Positions 17,642 through 26,150 of a stretch of DNA of 64,000 nt are shown here, one piece after another. Numbering within the stretch: the stretch's first letter is position 1; every line of letters begins with the position of its first letter. Both the position numbers and the translations under genes were made by a program. The notes beneath the pieces are model-generated. The model saw only the letters and a list, made by a program, of their open reading frames with translations. It was not told the origin of the DNA and searched no databases. This DNA comes from Fibrobacteria bacterium. Its GTDB lineage: Bacteria > Fibrobacterota > Chitinivibrionia > Chitinivibrionales > FEN-1185. Where the stretch lies: positions 1-64,000 of the forward strand of contig JBBIGR010000023.1 in NCBI GenBank assembly GCA_037447435.1, written 5' to 3'.

Positions 17642-19069
17642 ATGAAAAAGAAAAAAGTCCTGCTTGTTTATACCAATACCGAAAAAGCCCCGTATCCGGT
17701 TCCGCCCATCGGCCTTTGTCTATTGGCCCAGGAAATTAAATCCGAATATGACGTAATGATATTCGACGGTCTCATGCGTCCGCATACGGAATTGCCGGAT
17801 ACGATAAACGATTTCCAGCCCGATTATATCGGTATCGGCATCCGGAATATAGACAATATTGTTATGGACAATCCGTTGTATTATATCGACGGCATATTCG
17901 AAACTTTCATTGCGCCGATCCGTCACTGTACTAAAGTTAACCTTATCGTCGGCGGAAGCGGTTTTTCCGTTTTCCCTATGGAAATACTGAAACGGTTCGG
18001 TATTGAATACGGCATCGTGGGCGAGGGAGAAACATCGTTTCCCCGGCTTCTTGACGCATTGGATAACGGGAAGAGCGGCCGCGGCATTCCGGGCGTTGTC
18101 CACGTCGACGATCAAGTCGAATCTTCGCTTTCGTTACCGGGCGATTTACCAACAAAATTTCCGGTTCAGTCTGAAATCGACGCTTGGATCGATTTTTCTC
18201 CGTATCGTCAACGCGGCGCATATCCGGTTCAAACGAAACGGGGGTGCAGTCAGCAATGCATCTATTGCACCTATCCCTGTATAGAAGGTACAAAGTATCG
18301 GAGACGTGACCCAAAAGAAATTGCCGATGAAATCGAGGCGACATGCCGAAGGCTTGGCGACGTGCTTTTCGAATTTGTTGATTCCACTTTTAATGATCCG
18401 CCCGGTCATGCCGAGCAAATTTGCCGTGAAATCATAAAAAAGAAAATCAAAGTCCGGTTACGTACCATGGGCATTAATCCGCGCGGTGCGAGCAAGGAGC
18501 TGTTCGACCTCATGGTCGCGGCCGGATTCACGCAAATCGATTGCACGCCGGATTCCGCTTCCGGCATCATGCTTTCGAATTTGCGGAAAAACTTTACAAA
18601 AAAAGAACTTGAGGTAACGGCGCTGCATATACGACAATGCAATATTCCCACGATGTGGTTTTTTATTTTCGGCGGGCCGGGCGAAACCGAAGAAACCATA
18701 CGGGAAACATTCTCATTTATCGATGAATTCGTGAACGAACAGGATATGGTGTATATGATGGTAGGTCTTCGTGTTTACCCCGGTACCGAGCTTTATGATA
18801 TTGCCGTTGCCGAAGAATGCTTTCCAAAAGACACATCGATTTTAAAACCGGTTTTTTACGTACCCAAAAGCGTTTCACGGCAAAAAATCGACGCGCTCCT
18901 TTCCGAAGCCGCGCAAAAAAGGCATAACTGCGTTCTTGCCGCAAATTCCACTCCGCCTCCCGAGCTTATGCAAAAAGCAATGAAACTCCGCAACGAACAA
19001 AACCTCAAAGAACCGATGTTTCGGACCTTGCTTCGTATAAGAAAAGAAATGATGGCGCAGTCCGTTTAA
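17642..19069 (+). CDS. cobalamin-binding radical SAM protein (lipid-biosynthesis-associated type)
   Basis: VLLVYTNTEKAPYPVPPIGL, IRNIDN, GGSGFS, VQTKRGCSQQCIYCTYP (CxxxCxxC), FVDSTFN, FGGPGET, RVYPGT. Likely start MKKKKV at 17642. Confidence 0.85.
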   Translation: MKKKKVLLVYTNTEKAPYPVPPIGLCLLAQEIKSEYDVMIFDGLMRPHTELPDTINDFQPDYIGIGIRNIDNIVMDNPLYYIDGIFETFIAPIRHCTKVNLIVGGSGFSVFPMEILKRFGIEYGIVGEGETSFPRLLDALDNGKSGRGIPGVVHVDDQVESSLSLPGDLPTKFPVQSEIDAWIDFSPYRQRGAYPVQTKRGCSQQCIYCTYPCIEGTKYRRRDPKEIADEIEATCRRLGDVLFEFVDSTFNDPPGHAEQICREIIKKKIKVRLRTMGINPRGASKELFDLMVAAGFTQIDCTPDSASGIMLSNLRKNFTKKELEVTALHIRQCNIPTMWFFIFGGPGETEETIRETFSFIDEFVNEQDMVYMMVGLRVYPGTELYDIAVAEECFPKDTSILKPVFYVPKSVSRQKIDALLSEAAQKRHNCVLAANSTPPPELMQKAMKLRNEQNLKEPMFRTLLRIRKEMMAQSV

Positions 19070-19181
19070 ATCTTTGATCGCAAAATGTTACGGTATTCCC
19101 AATAGCTGATATTTCCGAAGGTATCCAATATTGACATGCTTCAGTTGTGCCGGACAAATGTGAGAAGCTGTTTAAAAGATG

Positions 19182-19237
19182 TTTATTATTTATAATAATA
19201 AATATTATATTATTTATAATCGTATTTATTGTACAAT
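19182..19237. promoter_or_regulatory. AT-rich promoter region with two palindromes upstream of brnT (candidate antitoxin operator)
   Basis: TTTATTATT-TAT-AATAATAAA at 19182-19202 and ATTGTACAAT at 19228-19237. Confidence 0.4.
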
Positions 19238-19255
19238 CAATATAACGGTGTTTCC

Positions 19256-19522
19256 ATGGACTTTGAATGGGATCATGATAAAAATATCCTTAATGTAAAA
19301 AAACACGGCATTTCATTTGAGGTTGCGGTAAAAGCATTTCTTGATCCTAAACGAAAAATCCGTTTAAATAAAAAACATTCGGTAGTTGAATTGCGATACT
19401 ATTGTCTTGGCATGGTTGAAGGCCGAGTATTAACCGTTAGGTTTATAGTTAGAGGAAGCAAAGTTCGAATAATTGGCGCAGGATACTGGCGTGAAGGGAG
19501 AAAGATATATGAGCAAGATTAA
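19256..19522 (+). CDS. brnT: BrnT family toxin
   Basis: MDFEWDHDKN..N.KKHGISFE.A...F.DP, ELRY..LG, VLTVRF..R...VRIIGA. Confidence 0.9.
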   Translation: MDFEWDHDKNILNVKKHGISFEVAVKAFLDPKRKIRLNKKHSVVELRYYCLGMVEGRVLTVRFIVRGSKVRIIGAGYWREGRKIYEQD

Positions 19523-19763
19523 GAGCTATACCAATGCTCCGTCCGACATTGCAGAGGAACTTAAAAATTCCGTCGCCACCGATGATTTTCTGCCGTCTCC
19601 GGAAAGCATAGCAAATGGTTTAAAAAAACAGGAAACCATACCCGTAACAATGAAGCTTAAAAAAGAAACCGTTGCCCGGTATAAAAGATTTGCGGATAAG
19701 AAAGGAATCAAATACCAAACGTTTGTTTCGGAAGTTTTGGATTCCTATGCAAAAAAGCTGTAG
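19509..19763 (+). CDS. BrnA/CopG-like ribbon-helix-helix antitoxin
   Basis: Overlaps the toxin stop. DDFLPSP and VTMKL...V..YK..A...GIKYQT...VLDSY match the BrnA/CopG pattern. Confidence 0.8.
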   Translation: MSKIKSYTNAPSDIAEELKNSVATDDFLPSPESIANGLKKQETIPVTMKLKKETVARYKRFADKKGIKYQTFVSEVLDSYAKKL

Positions 19764-19772
19764 AAGAAAGAT

Positions 19773-19847
19773 TGGAGGCGGCACCCAGATTTGAACTGGG
19801 GAATAACGGTTTTGCAGACCGCTGCCTTACCACTTGGCTATACCGCC
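19773..19847 (-). tRNA. tRNA-Cys(GCA)
   Basis: Reverse complement GGCGGTATAGCCAAGTGGTAAGGCAGCGGTCTGCAAAACCGTTATTCCCCAGTTCAAATCTGGGTGCCGCCTCCA. Cloverleaf, GCA anticodon, CCA encoded. Confidence 0.97.
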
Positions 19848-19859
19848 CCGAAAGAATGG

Positions 19860-19892
19860 AAAAAAAGGAAGGTTTTTGACGACCTTCCTTTT
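19860..19892. terminator. intrinsic terminator-like hairpin between tRNA-Gly and tRNA-Cys
   Basis: Minus strand AAAAGGAAGGT-CGTCAAAA-ACCTTCCTTTTTTT, with T-runs in both directions. Confidence 0.55.
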
Positions 19893-19898
19893 GAATTT

Positions 19899-19975
19899 TG
19901 GAGCGAGAGACGAGATTTGAACTCGCGACGGCCACCTTGGCAAGGTGGAGCTCTACCAGTCTGAGCTACTCTCGC
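19899..19975 (-). tRNA. tRNA-Gly(GCC)
   Basis: Reverse complement GCGAGAGTAGCTCAGACTGGTAGAGCTCCACCTTGCCAAGGTGGCCGTCGCGAGTTCAAATCTCGTCTCTCGCTCCA. Confidence 0.97.
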
Positions 19976-19990
19976 TTAAACTGAAGATTA

Positions 19991-20019
19991 AAGATAGTTT
20001 ATTTAAAAAAAAGTGTCAA
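19991..20019 (-). promoter_or_regulatory. sigma70 promoter of the tRNA-Gly/Cys unit
   Basis: Minus strand TTGACA (20019-20014), 17-nt spacer, TATCTT (19996-19991). Confidence 0.75.
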
Positions 20020-20036
20020 GCTCTTGATGAAAAAAA

Positions 20037-20336
20037 TCACCCGGGATTCCATGTTTGTACGGTTGTTAATATAAGTGCCAGGTAAATCATCATCCCGACG
20101 GCCAAAGCAATATAGCGTTTTGCATCAACATTACGCTTGATGATCTTAATTTTTTCTTTATCCGTCGTGGAAATTGAAACCGTAGAATCAGGTGTTTTTG
20201 CGATAGCCCGTACCGAATCCGAATGAGTCGCGGTTGTCGACGGAGTCGTCGCGGGCGCGGTTTGTCCAAACCCTGGTATGCACATTACACTCATTATGAA
20301 AAGGATGATTGCGACGAATGCAGGACGTGATATCAT
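20037..20336 (-). CDS. small hypothetical membrane protein
   Basis: Signal peptide, Thr/Ser/Pro-rich linker, C-terminal TM helix. Fills the gap downstream of gatB. Confidence 0.6.
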   Translation of the reverse strand: MISRPAFVAIILFIMSVMCIPGFGQTAPATTPSTTATHSDSVRAIAKTPDSTVSISTTDKEKIKIIKRNVDAKRYIALAVGMMIYLALILTTVQTWNPG

Positions 20337-20416
20337 AATTTAAATTGTTCCCGATTAAAAAATTGCTTCAAGTCCGCCCATAATTTCCTCCCCATTAAAA
20401 AGGAGAAAGAGAGCGT

Positions 20417-21847
20417 TCATTTCAAAAGCGAAGAGACCAGTTTGCTGACTTCCTTCGGGTTTCCTTTACCTTTCGTCATTTTCATGACCTGGCCCACAAA
20501 AAATCCTTCAAGCTTGGTTTCGCCCGCCTTAAACCGCTCGATTTCCTTCTGGCTTTTTGCCAAAACTTCCCTGACCATTTTCTCGAGTTCGCCGGTATCG
20601 GAAATCTGCGTCAACCCTTCCTGCGAAACAATCACATCCGGGTCCTTGTCCTGATTTTCTATTATGTCAAAAACTTTTTTCCCCGCAGACGCCGAAATGG
20701 TGTTTTCCGCGATAAGTTTGCACAGGTTTCCCAGGCGCTTGGGCGTCACTTTGATCGTACGAACATCCGATTTGTTTTCCTTGGTGACTCTAAGCACTTC
20801 ACCCATGATCCAATTGGCCACGAGCTTGTAATCTTTGCAAAACGCAACAGCTTCCTCGAAATATTCCGCCGTTGCCGGCGAAAGAGTGAGCACTTCCGCC
20901 ATATAGGGGGTAATTCCATAGGAATCGATAAACCGCTTACGCTTATTTGCCGGAAGTTCGGGCATCGATTTTTCAATAGATTCAACCCATTGGCTATCGA
21001 CAATAAGGGGAAGAAGATCCGGTTCCGGAAAATACCGGTAATCATGCGCATCTTCTTTCGACCGCATGGCAACAGTCTGGTTTTTATTCGGGTCCCATAA
21101 ATACGTTTGCTGCACGATTTTTTCACCATGCATAAGCGCGTCTTTTTGCCGGATAACTTCGTATTCCAATGCCTTTTCGACCCCGCGAAACGTGTTCATG
21201 TTTTTAAGTTCGGTTTTCGTCCCGAGTTTTGTTTCACCCATGGGCCGCAGCGAAATATTGGCGTCGCAACGGAGGCTTCCTTCTTCCATATTGCAATCGC
21301 ATATGCCAAGATATTCAAGGATTTGTTTGATACTGGTCAGATAAGCGTATGCTTCCTGCGGATTGCGCATGTCGGGTTCGGTTACGATTTCTATCAGCGG
21401 CGTGCCGCAGCGGTTCACATCGAAAAGGGAATCGATATCCTGGTCGTGGACCAGCTTCCCGGCATCTTCCTCCAGATGTATCCTGTTTATCCGTATGTTC
21501 TTCCGAATACCATGCGCCTCGATTTCAATAAAGCCGTTTTCACAAACGGGCATATCGTATTGGGAAATTTGATATCCTTTGGGAAGGTCGGGATAGAAAT
21601 AATTCTTTCGTGCGAAAATGGATCGTTCATTTATCCTACAATTCACGGCGCGGCCCATGAGTATCGCCATCTCGACAACTTTACGATTAAGAACAGGAAG
21701 CGATCCGGGCATGCCGAGGCACACCGGGCATCCGTGCGAATTCGGCGCAGCCCCGAATTTCGATGAACAGTTACAAAATATTTTTGTATTTGTTAATAGT
21801 TGGGCATGAATTTCAAGGCCGATAACTGTTTCGAAGTCCACGATCAT
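20417..21847 (-). CDS. gatB: Asp-tRNA(Asn)/Glu-tRNA(Gln) amidotransferase subunit B
   Basis: VIGLEIHAQL, RKNYFYPDLPKGYQISQ, HLEEDAGK, EIVTEPD, GSLRCDAN, DYRYFPEPDL. Confidence 0.98.
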   Translation of the reverse strand: MIVDFETVIGLEIHAQLLTNTKIFCNCSSKFGAAPNSHGCPVCLGMPGSLPVLNRKVVEMAILMGRAVNCRINERSIFARKNYFYPDLPKGYQISQYDMPVCENGFIEIEAHGIRKNIRINRIHLEEDAGKLVHDQDIDSLFDVNRCGTPLIEIVTEPDMRNPQEAYAYLTSIKQILEYLGICDCNMEEGSLRCDANISLRPMGETKLGTKTELKNMNTFRGVEKALEYEVIRQKDALMHGEKIVQQTYLWDPNKNQTVAMRSKEDAHDYRYFPEPDLLPLIVDSQWVESIEKSMPELPANKRKRFIDSYGITPYMAEVLTLSPATAEYFEEAVAFCKDYKLVANWIMGEVLRVTKENKSDVRTIKVTPKRLGNLCKLIAENTISASAGKKVFDIIENQDKDPDVIVSQEGLTQISDTGELEKMVREVLAKSQKEIERFKAGETKLEGFFVGQVMKMTKGKGNPKEVSKLVSSLLK

Positions 21848-21913
21848 CCTCCGCGTAGAATTTTCCGATTACCACGAATTCTAAAAATACTTTTAGGCAT
21901 TGGCAAAAACCCG

Positions 21914-23023
21914 CTAATCTACAGGCAGGTCTTCAATAATTCTGAATTTGAGGCCTTTTTTAGCAAGAGTTGAATCCGCAAAGCTTTGGGCGCTTTGTTT
22001 GGAGTTAAAAGTGCCGACGCGGACCCGGTAAATGTTTTTTCCCTCGGCAATCGCGGCCATGATCGAAACCGGCGAATATTGTTTAGCAAGTTCGTTTTTC
22101 AGCGATCCGGCGTTTTCTATGGAGCCGAATGCGCCGACTTGCAAGCTGAACAAGGTCTTCGGCGAATTTCTTATTGCCCCTATTTTCACCGGCTTGTTTT
22201 GCACTGAGTCTTTGGCCGCCCAAAGTGCGGAATTGGCCGATGCGATAGGAGACTTTGCCAAAGTTTTGGGTTGCAGCAGCATGGATTTTTCCAAATAAAA
22301 CGGATATACCCGTTTTACATGAGCAAGTATCATTGCAGCTTCTTCATTCCGCTTCAATGCCGTAGCGCACGCGTAAACTCCGATATAGGCGCTGCAGGTG
22401 AAAAAACTCGAATCAGGCGATTTGCTGGCTTGGGTGAAATGGGCAAGGGCCTGTTCGAAATCGCTTCTTGCAAAATAAAAAAGTCCAAGATAATAATGCG
22501 ATAACAACCGGTACTGCGAAGCGCTGTCCTGAGAATACGATTGCAGGGCGTGGAAGCCGGCGGTGTCGCTCGTGTCCCGTATGGCTATTTGAAGTTGCGT
22601 TGCAACGAAATCGGGTACCGACGACAGTGCTATTGCTTTTTTGCCGTAGGCGCCCGCTTTTGAGAATTTGCCTTTCATATACATTGCACAGGCGAGCCGG
22701 CAATATGCCTGGGCCCGCAAAGAATCCGGGGCAGCGGAATCGACTGCCGCTTTTTTATACAATTCAATCGCATTTGCAACGTCAGGGGTTGTTTTCGCAT
22801 AGCAAATCATGGTTGCCGGGTCGCTTTGCGAAAGGGTAAACGCTTTTTCGGCAACAGCCTGCGCTTCCGCATAGTCACCGCTTTCCAAGAGGGAATCAAC
22901 TCGCAGCGTCGGTGTTGTCGAAAAAACGGGGATACCAAACACGAAAACGCACAGGCAAGAAAATGCAAGGATACTTTTGCCGTGGGTTCCCGTTATAAAC
23001 GCATGGGGAAACGATTGAATCAT
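21914..23023 (-). CDS. TPR + SPOR domain protein
   Basis: Helical TPR-like repeats (HYYLGLFYF..DFEQAL..F), C-terminal SPOR domain (FSLQVGAFGSIENA...YRVRVGTF.SK..A). Confidence 0.85.
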   Translation of the reverse strand: MIQSFPHAFITGTHGKSILAFSCLCVFVFGIPVFSTTPTLRVDSLLESGDYAEAQAVAEKAFTLSQSDPATMICYAKTTPDVANAIELYKKAAVDSAAPDSLRAQAYCRLACAMYMKGKFSKAGAYGKKAIALSSVPDFVATQLQIAIRDTSDTAGFHALQSYSQDSASQYRLLSHYYLGLFYFARSDFEQALAHFTQASKSPDSSFFTCSAYIGVYACATALKRNEEAAMILAHVKRVYPFYLEKSMLLQPKTLAKSPIASANSALWAAKDSVQNKPVKIGAIRNSPKTLFSLQVGAFGSIENAGSLKNELAKQYSPVSIMAAIAEGKNIYRVRVGTFNSKQSAQSFADSTLAKKGLKFRIIEDLPVD

Positions 23024-23355
23024 ACTGAGGGTATATTTGTTTGTGATGTTGGGTGTTGCTCGCGCGAACTCGACACGACAATCAGGTCTTCCTCGAGCTT
23101 TTTTATTTGTCTGTCGCGTTTGAAAATTGCGGTTTTAAGCGTAACGTAATAATAGGCGGCAAGGGTACAACCTATGGCAAGTCCCAGTCCCAACGCGCCC
23201 GCAACATAGAGGTAAATGGGTAACGGCCTTGTTTGATAGGTAAAAATGACGGCTGCCGCAGTCTGACGGAATTGAGGTTGGGAAAAGGTGACTATGATGA
23301 CAAATGCAATTGCAAACGCCACCACGAAAACGGTTGCCCATTTTAAAAAAGTCAT
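23020..23355 (-). CDS. LapA family (DUF1049) membrane protein
   Basis: Two TM helices around an FSQ..T..LP loop, followed by a coiled coil (RQIKKLEEDL). Confidence 0.65.
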   Translation of the reverse strand: MTFLKWATVFVVAFAIAFVIIVTFSQPQFRQTAAAVIFTYQTRPLPIYLYVAGALGLGLAIGCTLAAYYYVTLKTAIFKRDRQIKKLEEDLIVVSSSREQHPTSQTNIPSV

Positions 23356-23359
23356 AAAA

Positions 23360-24628
23360 CTACTCCCTTTCACCAACGATCGTCATGCCCGAACTTCGTA
23401 AAGCGCGTATCGGTAAAATCATTCCTGCCAGCGGCTCGTTGCAAGAAACCAGGACCCGTTTGCACCCATTATCCTGACCCATCCACATTTTGTCCCCCTC
23501 TTCCTGGCGCGCCGTAAAAAGCACGGAGAGGGATGTTCCCACGCAAGCCTGATACCGTTGTTTTGTGATTGCCGTCTGCGTATCAATCAGGGTCTTTAGC
23601 CGTTGCTTTTTTTCTTCTATCGAAACCGAATCGTCCATAGCCGCCGCAGCGGTATTGTCACGTTTCGAATAAATAAACATAAAAGCGGTTGTAAAACGGA
23701 CACGGTTGAAAAGCGACAACGTATCCAAAAAGTCCGCCTCTGTTTCGCCGGGAAAACCGACCATCGCATCCGTAGTGATGTCGGCGTCGGGAATATGTCG
23801 TAATACGGCGTCGATGACCCGCATATAATCGTCCCGCGTATATTTACGGTTCATGACGCGTAAAATTTTGTCCGAGCCCGATTGAACCGGTAAATGAAAG
23901 TGTTTGCAAACCTTGGGCAATCCGGCTATAGTTTTTACGAGTTTCTCGCTGCAATCCTTCGGATGGCTGGTCGTAAACCGGATTCGGGAAAGTCCGGGTA
24001 TGTCATGTAATCTTGCAAGCAAACCGCTGAAATCGATGTCGCCGTCACGATACGAATTCACATTTTGACCGAGCAACGTGATTTCTTTTGCCCCGCTTTC
24101 AATAAACGACCAAATAGATTCTTCGATGGCGGCTGTCGGCAGGGAAATTTCCGGACCGCGGACATGGGGTACTATGCAATACGCGCAAAAGTTATTGCAA
24201 CCGCGCATTATCGGAACGAATTTGCCGATGCCCTGGTTCTGGTTTGTCGACAATAGTGTCGTTTCGGCGGGCTCGAGGTATGCGTCCAATTCCATGAGAA
24301 ACGTTTCGAAATTGCGGGCGCCGATAACGCGATTCACTCCCGGGATTTGCGCTGCGATCGTTTCACCTTTTCGCTCGGCCATGCATCCGATCACCCAGAT
24401 CGTTTGGTTTGTTTTGCCCTGCCGTTTATGAGCCGCTATTTGCGTGATATGCGACAACGCGCGGTCTTCGGCATGCTGCCGAACGCTGCAGGTATTTACC
24501 ACGACCAAATCGGCGTCATTGCTGGACAATGCTTCGTCATACCCGCGCGACGACAATGCCGATGCGAGAAGCTCCGAATCCGCAACATTCATTTGACAGC
24601 CGAATGTTTCGAAATAATAAGTTGGCAT
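23360..24628 (-). CDS. miaB: tRNA-i6A37 methylthiotransferase
   Basis: ETFGCQMNVADSE, NTCSVRQHAE, GCMAER, MRGCNNFCAYCIVPHVRG, LLGQNVNSY, RFTTSHP, HLPVQSGS. Confidence 0.93.
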   Translation of the reverse strand: MPTYYFETFGCQMNVADSELLASALSSRGYDEALSSNDADLVVVNTCSVRQHAEDRALSHITQIAAHKRQGKTNQTIWVIGCMAERKGETIAAQIPGVNRVIGARNFETFLMELDAYLEPAETTLLSTNQNQGIGKFVPIMRGCNNFCAYCIVPHVRGPEISLPTAAIEESIWSFIESGAKEITLLGQNVNSYRDGDIDFSGLLARLHDIPGLSRIRFTTSHPKDCSEKLVKTIAGLPKVCKHFHLPVQSGSDKILRVMNRKYTRDDYMRVIDAVLRHIPDADITTDAMVGFPGETEADFLDTLSLFNRVRFTTAFMFIYSKRDNTAAAAMDDSVSIEEKKQRLKTLIDTQTAITKQRYQACVGTSLSVLFTARQEEGDKMWMGQDNGCKRVLVSCNEPLAGMILPIRALRSSGMTIVGERE

Positions 24629-24708
24629 AGTAAAAATCTGAGTAAAAAGTTAAAAGCAAAACGTCAAAAGCAAACTTGTCACTTTCAACTCGGAATTTGC
24701 GGCTTGCG

Positions 24709-25206
24709 TTAAAGCCACGCTCTAACCGCGTGGTAACCCCATAAAATCAACATGAGCGTAATGTTGGCAAACACGCCGGCTGCAACGTCGTCCATGGTAA
24801 TTCCCAGACTGTCGTCCAGGGCTTCGAATTTAAATATCGGATAGGGCTTTACAATATCAAAAAACCTGAAAAGGAAAAACCCGAGAACAAGGACCTTGAG
24901 CGACAACGGGACAAACAGAAACGTAATGAACTGACCGGCACATTCGTCTATGACTACTTGTTTGGGGTCGTCATTGCCGAACACTTCCCGCGGGCGCGCG
25001 GAAACAAGTATCGAAAATGCTATGATGAACAGTCCTGCGCCCCACATGACAAGCGGCGTCAGAAGAATATGTTTATAAATGCATATCCACCAGATCAGGC
25101 CGATGGTTGCCGCGGACCCCAAGGTTCCGGATATAAGGGGGATATAGCCGATGAAAAGCATCGATGCCAAGGCTCTTTGCAGCCAAATGAGAAGCGGGTT
25201 TTTCAT
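24709..25206 (-). CDS. pgpA: phosphatidylglycerophosphatase A
   Basis: GTLGS, DPKQVVIDE..GQ, FFLFRFFDIVKPYP, GITMDDVAAG. Confidence 0.93.
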   Translation of the reverse strand: MKNPLLIWLQRALASMLFIGYIPLISGTLGSAATIGLIWWICIYKHILLTPLVMWGAGLFIIAFSILVSARPREVFGNDDPKQVVIDECAGQFITFLFVPLSLKVLVLGFFLFRFFDIVKPYPIFKFEALDDSLGITMDDVAAGVFANITLMLILWGYHAVRAWL

Positions 25207-25811
25207 GGATGGTCTCCGTAATGGATTTCGTTTCTTTCGTGTAAAGCCTGGTTTAATGTCAGTTGGTCGATATATTCGAGCTCGGTGCCGGCCGGGACTC
25301 CCCGCGCAAGAAGGGAAATTTTGAAATTTCGGTTGCCAAAAATCCGCGCAAGGTACAGGCAGGTGGTTTCCGATTCGGCGCTTGCCCCTAATCCTAATAT
25401 AAGTTCTCTGACGGTATGGTCGTCGAGTCTTGCGCGAAGTTCCTTAACCCGAAGCTTGTCGGCGGTAATGCCGTTAATGGGCGATAAAACGCCGCCGAGC
25501 ACGTGGTATAATCCTCTGTAAACACCCGACTTTTCGAACACCAAGACGTCCGACGGTTTTTCGACGACGCAAATGATCGATTGGTCTCGTTTCGGCGACG
25601 CGCAAATTTCGCATAGGTCGCCAAGCCCGTAATTGAAGCATCGTGAACAGGTCTTTACTTTCGATTTGACCGTCGAAATCGAATCGGCAAGCACGGTCAG
25701 TTCCTCCTGCGGACGTTCCAAAAGATATAAGGCCAGCCGCATGGCGCTTTTCCGGCCTATCGTCGGAAGACGACACAACGCTTCTACGAGGTTTTCAAGA
25801 GGTTCAATCAT
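25203..25811 (-). CDS. recR: recombination mediator RecR
   Basis: LPTIGRKSA.RLA, C4 zinc finger, ICVVE, YHVLGGVLSPING, Toprim domain. Confidence 0.96.
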   Translation of the reverse strand: MIEPLENLVEALCRLPTIGRKSAMRLALYLLERPQEELTVLADSISTVKSKVKTCSRCFNYGLGDLCEICASPKRDQSIICVVEKPSDVLVFEKSGVYRGLYHVLGGVLSPINGITADKLRVKELRARLDDHTVRELILGLGASAESETTCLYLARIFGNRNFKISLLARGVPAGTELEYIDQLTLNQALHERNEIHYGDHP

Positions 25812-25814
25812 CGG

Positions 25815-26138
25815 TTATGAAGGAAATCCCATTTGTCCAAGGTCCATTCCTGCGGTGAGGCCGCCGAACGCCGCGTTGGACTGTTCCTTGACCTTTTCCT
25901 GCGCATTTTTAAATGCCGCGACAATAAGGTCTTCTAGCATTTCAACGTCGTCGGGATCAACGATTTCAGGATTCAGCGATACGCCAATGCAATCGCCGCC
26001 GCCGTTGACCGTTATTTTCACCATGTTTCCGCCTGCGGTACCTTCAAAGGTTTTCTTTGCAAGGTCGTCCTGGGCCTGCATCATTTGCGATTGCAGTTTT
26101 TGCGCCTGTTTTAAAATCTTATTGATGTTCTTAGACAT
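25815..26138 (-). CDS. ybaB: YbaB/EbfC nucleoid-associated protein
   Basis: KQAQKLQ, AGGNMV...NG, DPDDVEMLEDLIVAA. Conserved dnaX-ybaB-recR synteny. Confidence 0.95.
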   Translation of the reverse strand: MSKNINKILKQAQKLQSQMMQAQDDLAKKTFEGTAGGNMVKITVNGGGDCIGVSLNPEIVDPDDVEMLEDLIVAAFKNAQEKVKEQSNAAFGGLTAGMDLGQMGFPS

Positions 26139-26150
26139 GTAAATGCCTCC

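Noticed and set aside
19708..19935. 75-aa ORF on the minus strand
   Set aside because: It overlaps tRNA-Gly and tRNA-Cys and is spurious.
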